Source: a virus (Duplodnaviria > Caudoviricetes). From it: DNA of 64,000 nucleotides. The DNA is taken from the IMG/VR virus record IMGVR_UViG_3300035498_000877, positions 64,001 to 128,000 of that record. One strand, 5' to 3'. The position numbers and the translations under genes were made by a program. Positions 20,558-31,590 of this stretch are shown here, in pieces. The notes beneath the pieces are model-generated. The model was given only the letters and a program-made list of their open reading frames with translations, did no database searches and had not been told where the DNA came from. Position 1 is the first letter of the stretch. Every line of letters starts with the position of its first letter.

Positions 20558-21226
20558 TTATTTAAATTCATCAAACTTCGGCTGTATATCAACTATTGCT
20601 GGATTAGTGCCAGTATGTTCTACCTTATTCTTTTGATCAATAAACATATTGTACATTAATAATGATAATACATTAATATCCAATTTCTGTAAGGTGAATA
20701 ATAATGATGTCAATTCATTGAGAGTTAATAGAACAGATGACTGTTCATTATTAAATTTAATCTTTATACCCTCAATTCTATTATCATCCTGAGTTATCAC
20801 AACAGCTGACAATTCAATTGTCATAGTACCAATCATGAATACTCTACGCACCTTACTAGCAGCTTCTTCATTCAATTCTAATCGTTTTCCAGTGTATGTA
20901 TACAAATCAGGAATTAATAAATCTTTACTGATTAATTCCAATTCAGACACAAATACTGGTAGATTAAATTTAGTCATAGTTAATGTATCATTAGGATTCC
21001 ATATTGGTCTAATTCTATTACCATTCTCATCAACTGTATTTGCTCTAATGATAGATAATAATACAATTGGATATAACGCAACTGAATTACTCCTATTTCC
21101 ATCTACACTACTAATATACTCACTAGTCCTAGTATCATCCACATTAAGTCTTATCTCCAATCTGAGTTTATTAGGAATAGTTAAGCATTGATATCTTGCT
21201 GTTTGTTTCACATTTATGTCCTCCAA
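20558..21226 (-). CDS. Hypothetical protein downstream of RNAP beta
   Basis: 222-aa ORF starting 4 bp after the RNAP stop. Confidence 0.6.
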   Translation of the reverse strand: MEDINVKQTARYQCLTIPNKLRLEIRLNVDDTRTSEYISSVDGNRSNSVALYPIVLLSIIRANTVDENGNRIRPIWNPNDTLTMTKFNLPVFVSELELISKDLLIPDLYTYTGKRLELNEEAASKVRRVFMIGTMTIELSAVVITQDDNRIEGIKIKFNNEQSSVLLTLNELTSLLFTLQKLDINVLSLLMYNMFIDQKNKVEHTGTNPAIVDIQPKFDEFK

Positions 21227-21229
21227 TTT

Positions 21230-23864
21230 TTATTTTTCTTCCATTAATTGATTTTCATCAAATTTTCTATAATTATCCCTTGGATCTTTTTCTACAATAA
21301 TATCCATGGGTTCATTTGTAACTCCATATACTTTTAACTTTCCTTCAGATGCATGATATAATGCATCTAATGTTTTGTTATATTCTTCTTCTGAATCACA
21401 TACTATTCTTAATGATTCCCAATCGTCATCTAATTTTTCTTCTTCCATATACTTGGCTATTTTATAATGCATTTCGTTTTCATATAATGAATCATCAAAA
21501 TACATTGATTTCATATCACAAAATGGTGACAACTCCCCTGACTGGCCCGGATCTGAGGCACTGCCTTGTGCAAGGTCTGTCCAACCGACCATAGATGGAT
21601 GTAATATACGTTGACGAATTGGGATTCTTCTAGTATCATTTCCTCCTAGTGAATTTGGCAATTATCTTCATATTAGTTCGCAACACTAATACAGTTCCTT
21701 TATGAACTTCTCATACTCTCGTATGACAATAACCTATCTCAAGGTTAAGGTGTGTTTCCACAGTTGAGACTATATCTTTACTATATTATCTTTTACCAAT
21801 GAATATAGTACCACTCGTTTCCCATTACTCTATTCCCTGTCAGGGTTTATAGCCCTCATTAGCTTAGGGGGTACTCTACTGACTACATTGTATAGGTTAT
21901 TAGTCCATATACGTAGTTGACCGATAGTCGTTGAACTTTGTATTATTTTATTTTCACATTTTACTATTTAAAACTAAAATTAATTATACCTAGCTGCCTG
22001 TGATTGTCTAATCCTAAATGATTTTACCATCCGATAGTCGTTATACTATCTGCTACACTGTATCAGCTGCGGTTATTTAGGCTATAAAGAGTTTCCGGCA
22101 ATTAGTAGTGGTAAGGCTCGTAAATTTACTGCTATGAGGCTAGTAATAGGCAACCTTTTTTAGTGTATGTAAGGAAGGAATGAAAATCCATATCTGAATT
22201 TGATTCTGCATATCTAAGAACTCCAGATGAATATAACTTTGTTAGAAAAATATCTTCCAATTATCTTCACATAATTTCGCATGCGGATTATGTAGTTCCC
22301 TTATGAACTTCTCCTACTTTCATAGGACAACATGTTATTTCAAACATGAGGTGCATTACTGCAGTTGTGACTATATCTTCTATTATATTCTATTACCAAA
22401 TATAACAGTCTCTCGTTTCCTTTTACATATAACCATTCCATTGTTATATAACCCAATTCTACTTGGTAAGTACTCTACTGACTATATTAGTACCGTATTT
22501 CTCGAATACTATAGTTGGTCGATAGTCGATGAACACTCATCTTTACAGATGATTAGCTGCGATGATTATCCCTATTCAATACCTTTTAACTATACCTTGA
22601 GATATTACCTCTTGCCATTTATTATATTTCTATAATAATTTAGTAGTATTGACTTAGCAGGAACTTCCCGCAATTATGAGAGAATCCCCAAAGAGATTTT
22701 AGGGAATCTGAAAAGTTTTAAATAATCAGATATAAGAGCTTTATCACCCAGACTTACTATACGATTAATTCGTTTTGATACTTCAGCAGTTACAAAACTT
22801 CCTAAGTACTCATTGCATCTTAATCGCTTATTCTCCATTGATAAATTATCTTTTGCCCATAGTTTATGATAATTCTGAATTATCCATCTAAGTAAATGAT
22901 AAATATCTTGTTTATCGTAATCATTGATCTTTAATTCTTTCTTAGATACATCATCAAGTAATCTATTAAAGAATATATGTTGATATACTCCTCTACGTAC
23001 AGTATTCTTTCCACCTACTATTATCATCCACTCTTCCCAATCATCTATCTTGTCATATGAGATTTTAGTTTCTTCAAATAGTTTTATTAGACATCCTACT
23101 ATAGATCTTACATAGATTTCTTTATCAAATATATTCTTCTTCACTATAACAACAATATCACTTTTCTTTCCGCAGTCAAATTTAATTATTTTATCTGAAT
23201 CAGGATAGTTTCCATCTTTCTTTCCAACATAAATAAATTTATCCACTTCCATAAATATCAATGTCTTTGTAATACCAAGATTCGAATATATCAATAATAC
23301 ATTAATTGCATTCTTGAATATCTGAATTGTATATATTGGAATTTGATATTCATTTCCTTTGGTATCTGTAAAGTTTTCCTTTATAGTCTTTACACATATT
23401 GGCATTAGTGATTTAATTGTTACAGCTCCAAATGATGGATATAACATTTTATCTACCATCTGGTATATTAAATAACATTTCTTTCCTTTTATCATACAAT
23501 AACCATTCTCATCTATCAGTGGGATTAGAATTGGTTTCGTTAGATAGTGAACCTTTAGTACTCCATCTTTATCATGGCCAGATACTTCAATGTTTAAATA
23601 CATTACTCCACATCTAGTTTCTGATATATTTTTGATGGCCTTATTCTTATTTGCATTTCTTCTGATAACATGATCATTTACATCATACTTATCTTCATCA
23701 GGCTCCCATTCATAGCTCAATATTTTTATATTGGGCAGAATTTCAAATCCTTTAAATGCATCGAATATGTACTCTTCCAATGGTTTATCATATGACTTTT
23801 GAATTAATCCAACATTTAAATTTTCTTTGTATGGATTGGGTAATTTATTAATATATTTCTTCAT
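21230..23864 (-). CDS. Phage RNA polymerase beta subunit, N-terminal part; 3 exons (22701-23864, 22153-22257, 21230-21658), 565 aa spliced
   Basis: Splicing gives ...LFRFP|EDIFLTKLYSSGVLRY...TYTKKG|PNSLGGND...RILHPSMVGWTDL..SASDPGQSG. GKKCYLIYQMVD and NKRLRCNEY are beta-like motifs. Confidence 0.85.
21659..22152 (-). ncRNA. Group I intron (494 nt, no ORF)
   Basis: 5' exon ends in U (GGU), intron ends in G; P aattgccggaaac, Q aatcacaggcagc, R gttcaacgacta, S aagatatagtc. Confidence 0.9.
22258..22700 (-). ncRNA. Group I intron (443 nt, no ORF)
   Basis: P1 ttcccU|aaa...ttgggga; P aattgcgggaa, Q aatcatcgcagc, R gttcatcgacta, S aagatatagtc; terminal G. Confidence 0.9.
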
Positions 23865-24208
23865 GATACACCTCCTATTATATCATTATATTGATATCTA
23901 ATTGGCTCTCCTTTATTGTTGCATTTCATATTTAACAACCTCCTTTCACTTGTCCAATAAAAAATATATAATTAAAATTTTTATTAGGATCCATGTTTAT
24001 CATAATAACTGAATTTATTCTTGATAATTATCTCCTGACATCAAAAATATTAATAGTCCTAATAATATCAATAATTCTTCTCTGTTCTCTGTAATCCATT
24101 CAGTAAATTTTCCCATAACTATATACCCCCAGTAATATTATTTTTGTAATAATTATGTTCGTATAAAGAGGCGAAAAAATAGAGGGAGTTAATACTCCCT
24201 CTATCTAT

Positions 24209-25345
24209 TTACTGATTATTTTCTTTTGCTGCTCTATCAGCAATTGTTCCATATGTTGCAATGATATCATCATATAGTTGATCTAACAAGTTTTGAAGAT
24301 TTGTTTTGATTCTTTCTTTGATACTATCAGGAATAAGATTTCTGATATAATTATCAAGTGCAATAACCATTGCTGTTGTCTCTCTTCTATCTTTCCCATC
24401 ATAATTATCATAATTAGAATATGTTACTTTTGTCATGAAATATAAACAAATCATATTATTCAACTCACGATATTTTGTATCAAGAAATTTTTCTTCAAAC
24501 TTTGATAATTCAAATATGACCTTAGAAGGAATATGAATCTTATGAAGTTTATCAGATGCTCTATTAATTCTGTAATCAATATCTTTCTTGCTTCCCCATG
24601 CCTTAATTAATGATTTTTTCATTGTATCACTAATGGGTTCAGATAGAAAGTCAAGATATTTAGCCTGCTTATATTCATTTACACTAGCCAACATTTTCTC
24701 TTTCGATTCTTCATCTTCACATTCATTAGCAATTTTTTCTAACTCCAATATATGCTGCTCTTCATTCAATTCAATAAGCTTAGATCTAGACTCCTCTATA
24801 TTTCTGTATTCTTTAAGTGCAGATACATAATTAAATTGGTCATCAGCAGCTGCTTTAATACGATCCATTGTCTGCTCATGATCAACACCAATGATTGGAT
24901 GTCCTGATCCAAAGATTCCAATAACATCATCTTCAGTCATTGAATCTAAACCATTGAAGAAATTATATGTTTCTTCTGTTTGATCTTCTGTCTTAGGAGT
25001 GCAATGCTCATTATTAAAAGCCCATATCTTTTTCATCTGATCTTCAGTAATACTATATTCTTTCTTTGTCGCCTTTAAATCCTCTGACATGAGTTCAAGC
25101 ATCTCTCTGGCATTCTTAATCATATCATCAAGTTGATCTAATGTTTCAGGAGTTATTGTGCCATCTTCACCAATCAATGATACAGAATCTTCAGTATCAT
25201 CAGAATTATCAATACTCTTATTATTGTCATCAATAATCTCTTGTGATTCATCTTCACTCACTCCTTTACTCATCAAATAATCTTTCATATCTTGATCTGA
25301 TTGTGGGAATTGTACAATATTATCATCATTCTCGTTTGGTTCCAT
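24209..25345 (-). CDS. Hypothetical helical protein
   Basis: 378-aa ORF, ggagg SD, downstream of the chaperonin. Confidence 0.6.
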   Translation of the reverse strand: MEPNENDDNIVQFPQSDQDMKDYLMSKGVSEDESQEIIDDNNKSIDNSDDTEDSVSLIGEDGTITPETLDQLDDMIKNAREMLELMSEDLKATKKEYSITEDQMKKIWAFNNEHCTPKTEDQTEETYNFFNGLDSMTEDDVIGIFGSGHPIIGVDHEQTMDRIKAAADDQFNYVSALKEYRNIEESRSKLIELNEEQHILELEKIANECEDEESKEKMLASVNEYKQAKYLDFLSEPISDTMKKSLIKAWGSKKDIDYRINRASDKLHKIHIPSKVIFELSKFEEKFLDTKYRELNNMICLYFMTKVTYSNYDNYDGKDRRETTAMVIALDNYIRNLIPDSIKERIKTNLQNLLDQLYDDIIATYGTIADRAAKENNQ

Positions 25346-25359
25346 TATTGCTATACCTC

Positions 25360-27225
25360 CTATACATATGCTTCTACAGTTTCTTGATGTGAGTTATCAA
25401 CATCTGGGTCCATTACTATACATTGATTTCCTGAGATAAGGATCTTTACTAATTCAGAAGCAACTGTCAATACCATTACGTCAGTTTCAGCTGATGTTAC
25501 AATATTTTCATTGTACTCTAATGTCTCAATATCAAATACTTTCATACTCTTAATAGACTCTAAAAGTATTTCTTCTTTCTTTGCATTAGCTTCTTTATTT
25601 AATTCAGGAAGTCCTTCCTCAGTTGTATATTGCCATCTTGGAATCAATTTATGTATTCCTAATCCATCTGGACCACGAAGTACTTTTATGTATACCAACT
25701 CACATGATTTGACAATCATTTCTAATATCATAATCTCCAATATAACATCTTCTGGTATTTCACTATTTTGTGAATTATAATAAGATTGTAATTCTAATAT
25801 ACGATCAGTAGCTGCTTTTATTATACTTAACTGGCATCCTGGTACAATACCATACTTTATGGCTGATCTGATACACTTGATAACATCTTCAACTGAATCC
25901 CATATAATATTTTTCTGTAATGAGCTATCAGCTCCTATATAATAAATATATGTATTTAAATGAAGTTTCATGACTCTAGCATTAGCTTTATATATCTTTT
26001 CAGAGAATGATTGTCTTTCATTGTCTGTCTGAGATTCAATATCGCTAAGATCTTGATTAGCCCTATTGACAAGATCTTTATATCTGTCATACTCAAATAT
26101 ATCATCATCTGGTTTAAATATAGAACCATTATTACATGTCAACATAGCTGATTTAGCATGACATATTAATTGATATAATGGATATGTTTCATCTTCTAAT
26201 ATATTTTCAACCATCGTATCTGATCCATCTGCATAAATAGATGCTGTCATTTCTGTTGCTAAACTTTGTGTTATTACTTTTCCTTTTAATATAACAGCGA
26301 GATCACCAAGATCATTATCATCTACTTTAGACCGTAAATACTGAGCTGATATAAGATTTATATTTCCTTGTCTGAATTCTATAGTTGTATATTGCTGCAA
26401 TATTGTTTCACACATTAATACATCATACTGAGGAGCAATAATCAATAACTTAGATCCTTTAGCTTTCAATACTTCATTAATCTTAAATATGACATTCTGC
26501 ATGAAATCTGATTCTAATTTATGATCAAATATCATCACATAAATATCTGATTCTTCTGTACTTAAGTCTTCATTCTTTACATATGCATCACTAATTAAAT
26601 TAGCTGCAAAATCATACCCATCAATCTTCTCAACATATGATTTATTTGTAGGAGAATCTTTCTGTTTAATTGAAGGAGAAGCTGTTTCCTTGTATATATT
26701 AGCAATATTCTCACTTATCTCTTTATTACCATTACTAGAAACATATGCTAAATTATAAATAGTATCACTATCTAAATCAATTGGTTTAGAATAATCAGAT
26801 ACTCTATCACACAAATCTTTTACAACCTTATCCCAAGTATTTATAAATTGCCTTGGTAAACGGTATGAAGCATATATCTTATCTTTGCATGATTTATAGG
26901 TAGAAAATAATGCATCAGTCAATGCAATAGCTGTTGTAGTTCCATCACCTACAGTATTATTCATTTTGGTACATGGTCCCATTATTAAATTCAATATCAT
27001 TCTCTTATACTTATTATGAAAACGATAATTCTTTAATATTGAATATCCATCTTTAGTAGCTTCTGTCAATGATCCATCTAGTATAGTAGCTGATGATCCA
27101 AGTGGTCCAAGTGATTTAGATAAATTTGTAGATATTACATTGAATACTTCTTGTACCAATCCTTCAAACTCAGCTTGGGGGATAATGTTACTCTGTGTGT
27201 CATTTGAATATTTTAAAAATTCCAT
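25360..27225 (-). CDS. Phage chaperonin (GroEL/Cpn60-like)
   Basis: SLGPLG, TKDGYSIL, VGDGTTTA, GIVPG motifs. Confidence 0.9.
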   Translation of the reverse strand: MEFLKYSNDTQSNIIPQAEFEGLVQEVFNVISTNLSKSLGPLGSSATILDGSLTEATKDGYSILKNYRFHNKYKRMILNLIMGPCTKMNNTVGDGTTTAIALTDALFSTYKSCKDKIYASYRLPRQFINTWDKVVKDLCDRVSDYSKPIDLDSDTIYNLAYVSSNGNKEISENIANIYKETASPSIKQKDSPTNKSYVEKIDGYDFAANLISDAYVKNEDLSTEESDIYVMIFDHKLESDFMQNVIFKINEVLKAKGSKLLIIAPQYDVLMCETILQQYTTIEFRQGNINLISAQYLRSKVDDNDLGDLAVILKGKVITQSLATEMTASIYADGSDTMVENILEDETYPLYQLICHAKSAMLTCNNGSIFKPDDDIFEYDRYKDLVNRANQDLSDIESQTDNERQSFSEKIYKANARVMKLHLNTYIYYIGADSSLQKNIIWDSVEDVIKCIRSAIKYGIVPGCQLSIIKAATDRILELQSYYNSQNSEIPEDVILEIMILEMIVKSCELVYIKVLRGPDGLGIHKLIPRWQYTTEEGLPELNKEANAKKEEILLESIKSMKVFDIETLEYNENIVTSAETDVMVLTVASELVKILISGNQCIVMDPDVDNSHQETVEAYV

Positions 27226-27332
27226 ATTGATGTTTCCTTTCTTAATTTAATATTATCATTATTTGTAATTATATATGATTTTAATAATAACTGATTGTGG
27301 ATATTTACATTTAAAATAATAAAAAGGAGGGA

Positions 27333-27923
27333 TTGATTTTGATAGATGAAGATAAATTGTATGAACAAGCTTATGGAGATATTCCTGATACACAAATTGG
27401 AAGGGTTGAATATATATTAGGTAAAAGAGCTAATAATGAAAAGTTTAATGCTGAGATTGCTAAAGAAGGTAAAAAAATAAAAAGAATAAAATATAAGACT
27501 ATTGAATTCACAATGTGGAAAATTGTGAAACCATCTAGAAGACCTAGAGCTAATAGTCGAAGTGGATATATCAGAATGTATGTTCCGGGAGCAAGAGAAG
27601 CTGGAGATTGGTTTGAAAAATTTTGCAATGAAAATAATTTGCCATTCATAAATACCCCATGTAAATTATATATGGAAATATATGAGAAGACTCCATCTAG
27701 TTTCAGTATAAAGAATAAGGTATTAGCAGAATTGGGAATTATTAGACCATGGAAGAGAACTGGTGATTTTGATAATTATGCAAAGACAATAGCTGACTGT
27801 ATACAACATGGAATGCTTGAGGATGATTGTTTGATTATAGAATCTAAACAGCAGTTATTCTATTCGATAAAACCACATGCTCATGTTAAAATAGAATATA
27901 TGGAAAAATGGCCTGAATATTAA
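27333..27923 (+). CDS. rusA: RusA-like Holliday junction resolvase
   Basis: KPSRRPR N-terminal motif, GDFDNYAKTIADC...LEDD catalytic motif. Confidence 0.75.
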   Translation: MILIDEDKLYEQAYGDIPDTQIGRVEYILGKRANNEKFNAEIAKEGKKIKRIKYKTIEFTMWKIVKPSRRPRANSRSGYIRMYVPGAREAGDWFEKFCNENNLPFINTPCKLYMEIYEKTPSSFSIKNKVLAELGIIRPWKRTGDFDNYAKTIADCIQHGMLEDDCLIIESKQQLFYSIKPHAHVKIEYMEKWPEY

Positions 27924-27937
27924 GGAGGTGATTAATT

Positions 27938-28576
27938 ATGATGGGAAAGGATTGTGAATCTCTATTATCAGGGATTACAAGTATAAAGAAATCATTAGAT
28001 GATGGGATAGTCAGTTTGGCTGGTGAGTTAGCTAGCTCTACAGTAGTAATTGATACATCAATAAGTGTGAATGAAGATTCACACAGTGGTACATTGAAAG
28101 TAGATGAAAAAGAAAAAACAGCTTCTTCATCATCATATTTCTCAGCTGTTCAATCAGCTATATCAGAAAGTAATACTGTTATTGGACAGATGAAAACATT
28201 AGGTAGTCAGATGTATGTATCAGAACCAGAAGGATTTAACAACTCATATGGAAGTCCATGGAAAGAAATTAATAGATTATCTTCTATATTAACATCAGTA
28301 GAAACATATGCAAATGCTCACTCTACCATGAAACATGTTGGTGAGAAAGCAGGATTAATAGGACTGATGTCTATGGCTGCATCTGCATGTGTAGACGCTA
28401 AGTGGGCATTAATAACATACAATGACTATGTACAGAGAGGGTTTGATACCAAATATAATAACAATACTCCTTCAATAACATTTGCTAGAACAAAAAATAG
28501 AAGAACCACTGGAAATATTACACAGCCCATATCAGAAAATGTACATATTGCTGATGAATCTACAGATCCGTATTAA
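27938..28576 (+). CDS. Hypothetical protein
   Basis: 212-aa ORF, aaggaggt SD. Confidence 0.6.
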   Translation: MMGKDCESLLSGITSIKKSLDDGIVSLAGELASSTVVIDTSISVNEDSHSGTLKVDEKEKTASSSSYFSAVQSAISESNTVIGQMKTLGSQMYVSEPEGFNNSYGSPWKEINRLSSILTSVETYANAHSTMKHVGEKAGLIGLMSMAASACVDAKWALITYNDYVQRGFDTKYNNNTPSITFARTKNRRTTGNITQPISENVHIADESTDPY

Positions 28577-28608
28577 TACAAAAAAGAAGAGGGATTTATA
28601 TCCCTCTT

Positions 28609-28995
28609 CTAATCTTGTTTTGCTTTATAGTACTTATACAATCCATAACTGTTTATCATATCTTCTTCTGTATCTAATGCTTTATTATAAATATTTTCAA
28701 GTTGATCTATTATATCATCTTCTCTTCTGTTTTCATATATACATTCATATCTAACTTTAGAGAGCTCGGTAGATGTCAGCTCAACTAAGTGCGTAATTAA
28801 TACTAGATATACATTGTATCGCTGAATCAATAATTCACAATACTTAGCTATTTCACTATTAGATGAGACATATAACATTGCTAAGTTCAGGTACTGTGTA
28901 TATTCCTGGATTAAACCAATTGATCTCTCAGATGAACTGGTTATTGCATCAATATTGTTTTTTAATACATCTAAATGCTCTTTGTATTGTTCCAT
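28609..28995 (-). CDS. Hypothetical protein (start MEQYKEH)
   Basis: aagggga SD precedes MEQYK; the longer start overlaps the upstream gene. Confidence 0.55.
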   Translation of the reverse strand: MEQYKEHLDVLKNNIDAITSSSERSIGLIQEYTQYLNLAMLYVSSNSEIAKYCELLIQRYNVYLVLITHLVELTSTELSKVRYECIYENRREDDIIDQLENIYNKALDTEEDMINSYGLYKYYKAKQD

Positions 28996-29008
28996 ATTAT
29001 TTTCCCCT

Positions 29009-29527
29009 TTACAATTTAATTGCTTTTCTAATAATAGATGATATGTATCCTGGAAGATATTCAAGTGGTGATACATTCTCTAAATCTTTGGTAGTTGACA
29101 ATGGGTTGTCATAATCGGTATATCCATTATCACACTTAAATAGTTTCGCCTCTTCCTTATCTAAGAAAAGTATCACCCATTCTGCGATCTTGTTTTTACC
29201 AACTATATTAATCTGGTTTCCTCCATAGTAAATATGTAGTGCATAATTTCCACCTTCAAGTAATTTAATTTGTCCTGCATTCTTTTGTGCATACTCAAGA
29301 AAATCAGCATATGATAGCTGATCCTTATACCTGAGTTTATTAACTGCCTGATTCTTTGTAGCATATGTAGCTACTTTAGCTATGTTATCATTGTGAGGAG
29401 CAGATGCAATTAAGGTAAATTTTTCTTTTTCATCTCCTTCTCCATAACAGATACAGAAATCTTCAACCTCATATTTTTCCAGAGTATTGAGAATCTCTTT
29501 CATACAATCAAACTTGTTGTCCATCAT
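29009..29527 (-). CDS. Hypothetical protein
   Basis: 172-aa ORF, aggggga SD. Confidence 0.6.
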   Translation of the reverse strand: MMDNKFDCMKEILNTLEKYEVEDFCICYGEGDEKEKFTLIASAPHNDNIAKVATYATKNQAVNKLRYKDQLSYADFLEYAQKNAGQIKLLEGGNYALHIYYGGNQINIVGKNKIAEWVILFLDKEEAKLFKCDNGYTDYDNPLSTTKDLENVSPLEYLPGYISSIIRKAIKL

Positions 29528-29798
29528 TTATTTCCCCCTTAAATAAATTTTGTTCTATCATTGTTTTAATATCATAGATATTTGGATAAACTAAAATGAG
29601 TGGTACATATTTATCGTGATCACGTATTATAATTTCATCAATATGTACCGGTACTCTAATTAAATCATTATTATCCTTAATGCTTAGAAATAACGAGCTT
29701 GGTTTATTTGGGTCAATTTGAAGATATTTTCTATTTAGTATCATATCTTCTATTGATTTACTAAAACATATTCTTTGTTTCATTTTTATTTCCTCCAT
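29508..29798 (-). CDS. Hypothetical protein
   Basis: 96-aa ORF overlapping the next start. Confidence 0.5.
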   Translation of the reverse strand: MEEIKMKQRICFSKSIEDMILNRKYLQIDPNKPSSLFLSIKDNNDLIRVPVHIDEIIIRDHDKYVPLILVYPNIYDIKTMIEQNLFKGEINDGQQV

Positions 29799-29889
29799 TC
29801 AATTATATTGTAATAAACTCACTCTTTATTACATTATTAGAATATATAATTTCATAATAAAAGTATACGAACAAAAAATAGTGAGGACT

Positions 29890-30255
29890 TTAATCCTCAC
29901 TATTTTTAAATTCCTTATACAAATTATATGTATTTGTAATATCTGCTGCAACTCCATTTATGTCATCAATGAATTTATCTAACTTATTAATATACTCATC
30001 ATTTTCAATTTTTGATTTATAATCATTTATTTCTGTGGTAAGTTGAGTATATGTATTTGTTAAGTTGCTATATAAATCATCATATGACATAAATATTCCC
30101 TCAGGTTGTTCATCTGGTGTATTTTGTCCATGACCCATAGCAATCATACCATTCCATTGTTCACATATTGCATTAGAAACTTTGACAATATTTTGAACTT
30201 TCTTCTCCTCCTCTTCTATAAATTTTTCATCAAATGACATATCATTCATTGTCAT
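29890..30255 (-). CDS. Hypothetical helical protein
   Basis: 121-aa ORF, aggagg SD. Confidence 0.6.
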   Translation of the reverse strand: MTMNDMSFDEKFIEEEEKKVQNIVKVSNAICEQWNGMIAMGHGQNTPDEQPEGIFMSYDDLYSNLTNTYTQLTTEINDYKSKIENDEYINKLDKFIDDINGVAADITNTYNLYKEFKNSED

Positions 30256-30271
30256 ATTATTATACCTCCTA

Positions 30272-31414
30272 TTATATCATAGCTTTTTTAATATATTTTT
30301 CTAATTTAGATTTACTCATTGGAGTATCATACTCGATAGCTAGATACTGATAATATTTTTCTACTATTGGTACAGATGGGTCCAATATGAAATTATATGT
30401 TGTATCAGAATCATCTTCTAGTCCATTATCTATTACTTCATATGATGTTTCCTTAATAGATGTAGTGAATAGTTTTTCATTAAATAAAACTGAAGTAAGA
30501 TTCTCTTTGAATGATGGATCTAAGTTATCAGGAGTTTTAAATACCAATTTAATCTTTCCTACTTTATTACCGCTAAACAAATCAACATTCTCATCTTTAA
30601 TTCTATTAATCTCATTTATTATATTTTCTTGACTTAAATATATCTCTGATTGTGGATTATATTCATATGTCTTATAAATATAAGCTTCAGTATTTTCTAC
30701 AAATATAAATTTATCATCTTCTATAATACCATATCCTTTTGGATCTTCCTCTCCAAAACAACTTCTAAACAATGACCCTACATAATAAACTTTATCATCA
30801 ATATTAGTATATGTATGGTAGTGCCCAAATACAGTTAAGATAGAAGCATTAATTAGTTCCTGTGATTTAAATCTAGGAACTTGTTTTTCATTATTAGATT
30901 TATTATTTGATGAATATGATATTATCGAAGGCATTCCATCTTCTATTATTCCATGCCCGAATATATAGTCATACTTTTTATTACTATATAAATAGTCTTT
31001 ATAAAATTCATGTTTATCATCAATATATTCCTCAGGTAAATATAAGATATTCTTACCATCGATGCATTCTTCAGTAGCAGTATCAAATACTTTCATGTCC
31101 ACATTTTTAGAAGTTAAATGATAATTAAATAATTTATATTGATTCATCTCATGTGATTCTGTTCCATATATTATTCTAATTTTGGTATTATTTCGTTTTG
31201 ATAATCTAATTATTAGTGACATTATATTCACTGCTAGTGATATATATTCTTCATTGGCTTTAAATAGCCTGTCAAAATAATCTCCCAATATAACTATCAT
31301 ATCACATTTCTTATATCCTGCTTCTTTTTCTAATATATCAGTTACTACATGATAGAAATATTGCGTATCTTTAATTGATCCAATATGCAGATCAGCAATT
31401 AATAATATTCTCAT
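30272..31414 (-). CDS. SbcD/Mre11-like metallophosphoesterase nuclease
   Basis: IADLH, LGDYFD, GTESHE, GHG, GHYH, YVGS motifs; start reassigned to MRILL behind ggagga. Confidence 0.85.
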   Translation of the reverse strand: MRILLIADLHIGSIKDTQYFYHVVTDILEKEAGYKKCDMIVILGDYFDRLFKANEEYISLAVNIMSLIIRLSKRNNTKIRIIYGTESHEMNQYKLFNYHLTSKNVDMKVFDTATEECIDGKNILYLPEEYIDDKHEFYKDYLYSNKKYDYIFGHGIIEDGMPSIISYSSNNKSNNEKQVPRFKSQELINASILTVFGHYHTYTNIDDKVYYVGSLFRSCFGEEDPKGYGIIEDDKFIFVENTEAYIYKTYEYNPQSEIYLSQENIINEINRIKDENVDLFSGNKVGKIKLVFKTPDNLDPSFKENLTSVLFNEKLFTTSIKETSYEVIDNGLEDDSDTTYNFILDPSVPIVEKYYQYLAIEYDTPMSKSKLEKYIKKAMI

Positions 31415-31590
31415 TTTTATTCCTCCATTTATATGAAAATAATATATTATTAAAAACAATGTATTTTCACAATACAAATTTTTAAATATTAAAAATATTA
31501 TAATTACATCTAATGGAATATGACATAATAGCCTAATATTTTTGATAAAATAACTTTATAACATTTTAAAAATAGAAGGGAGAAACTATT

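Noticed and set aside
22303-22635. 110-aa + strand ORF inside the RNAP intron as a homing endonuclease
   Set aside because: Antisense to the intron, overlaps core R/S elements, and has no nuclease motif.
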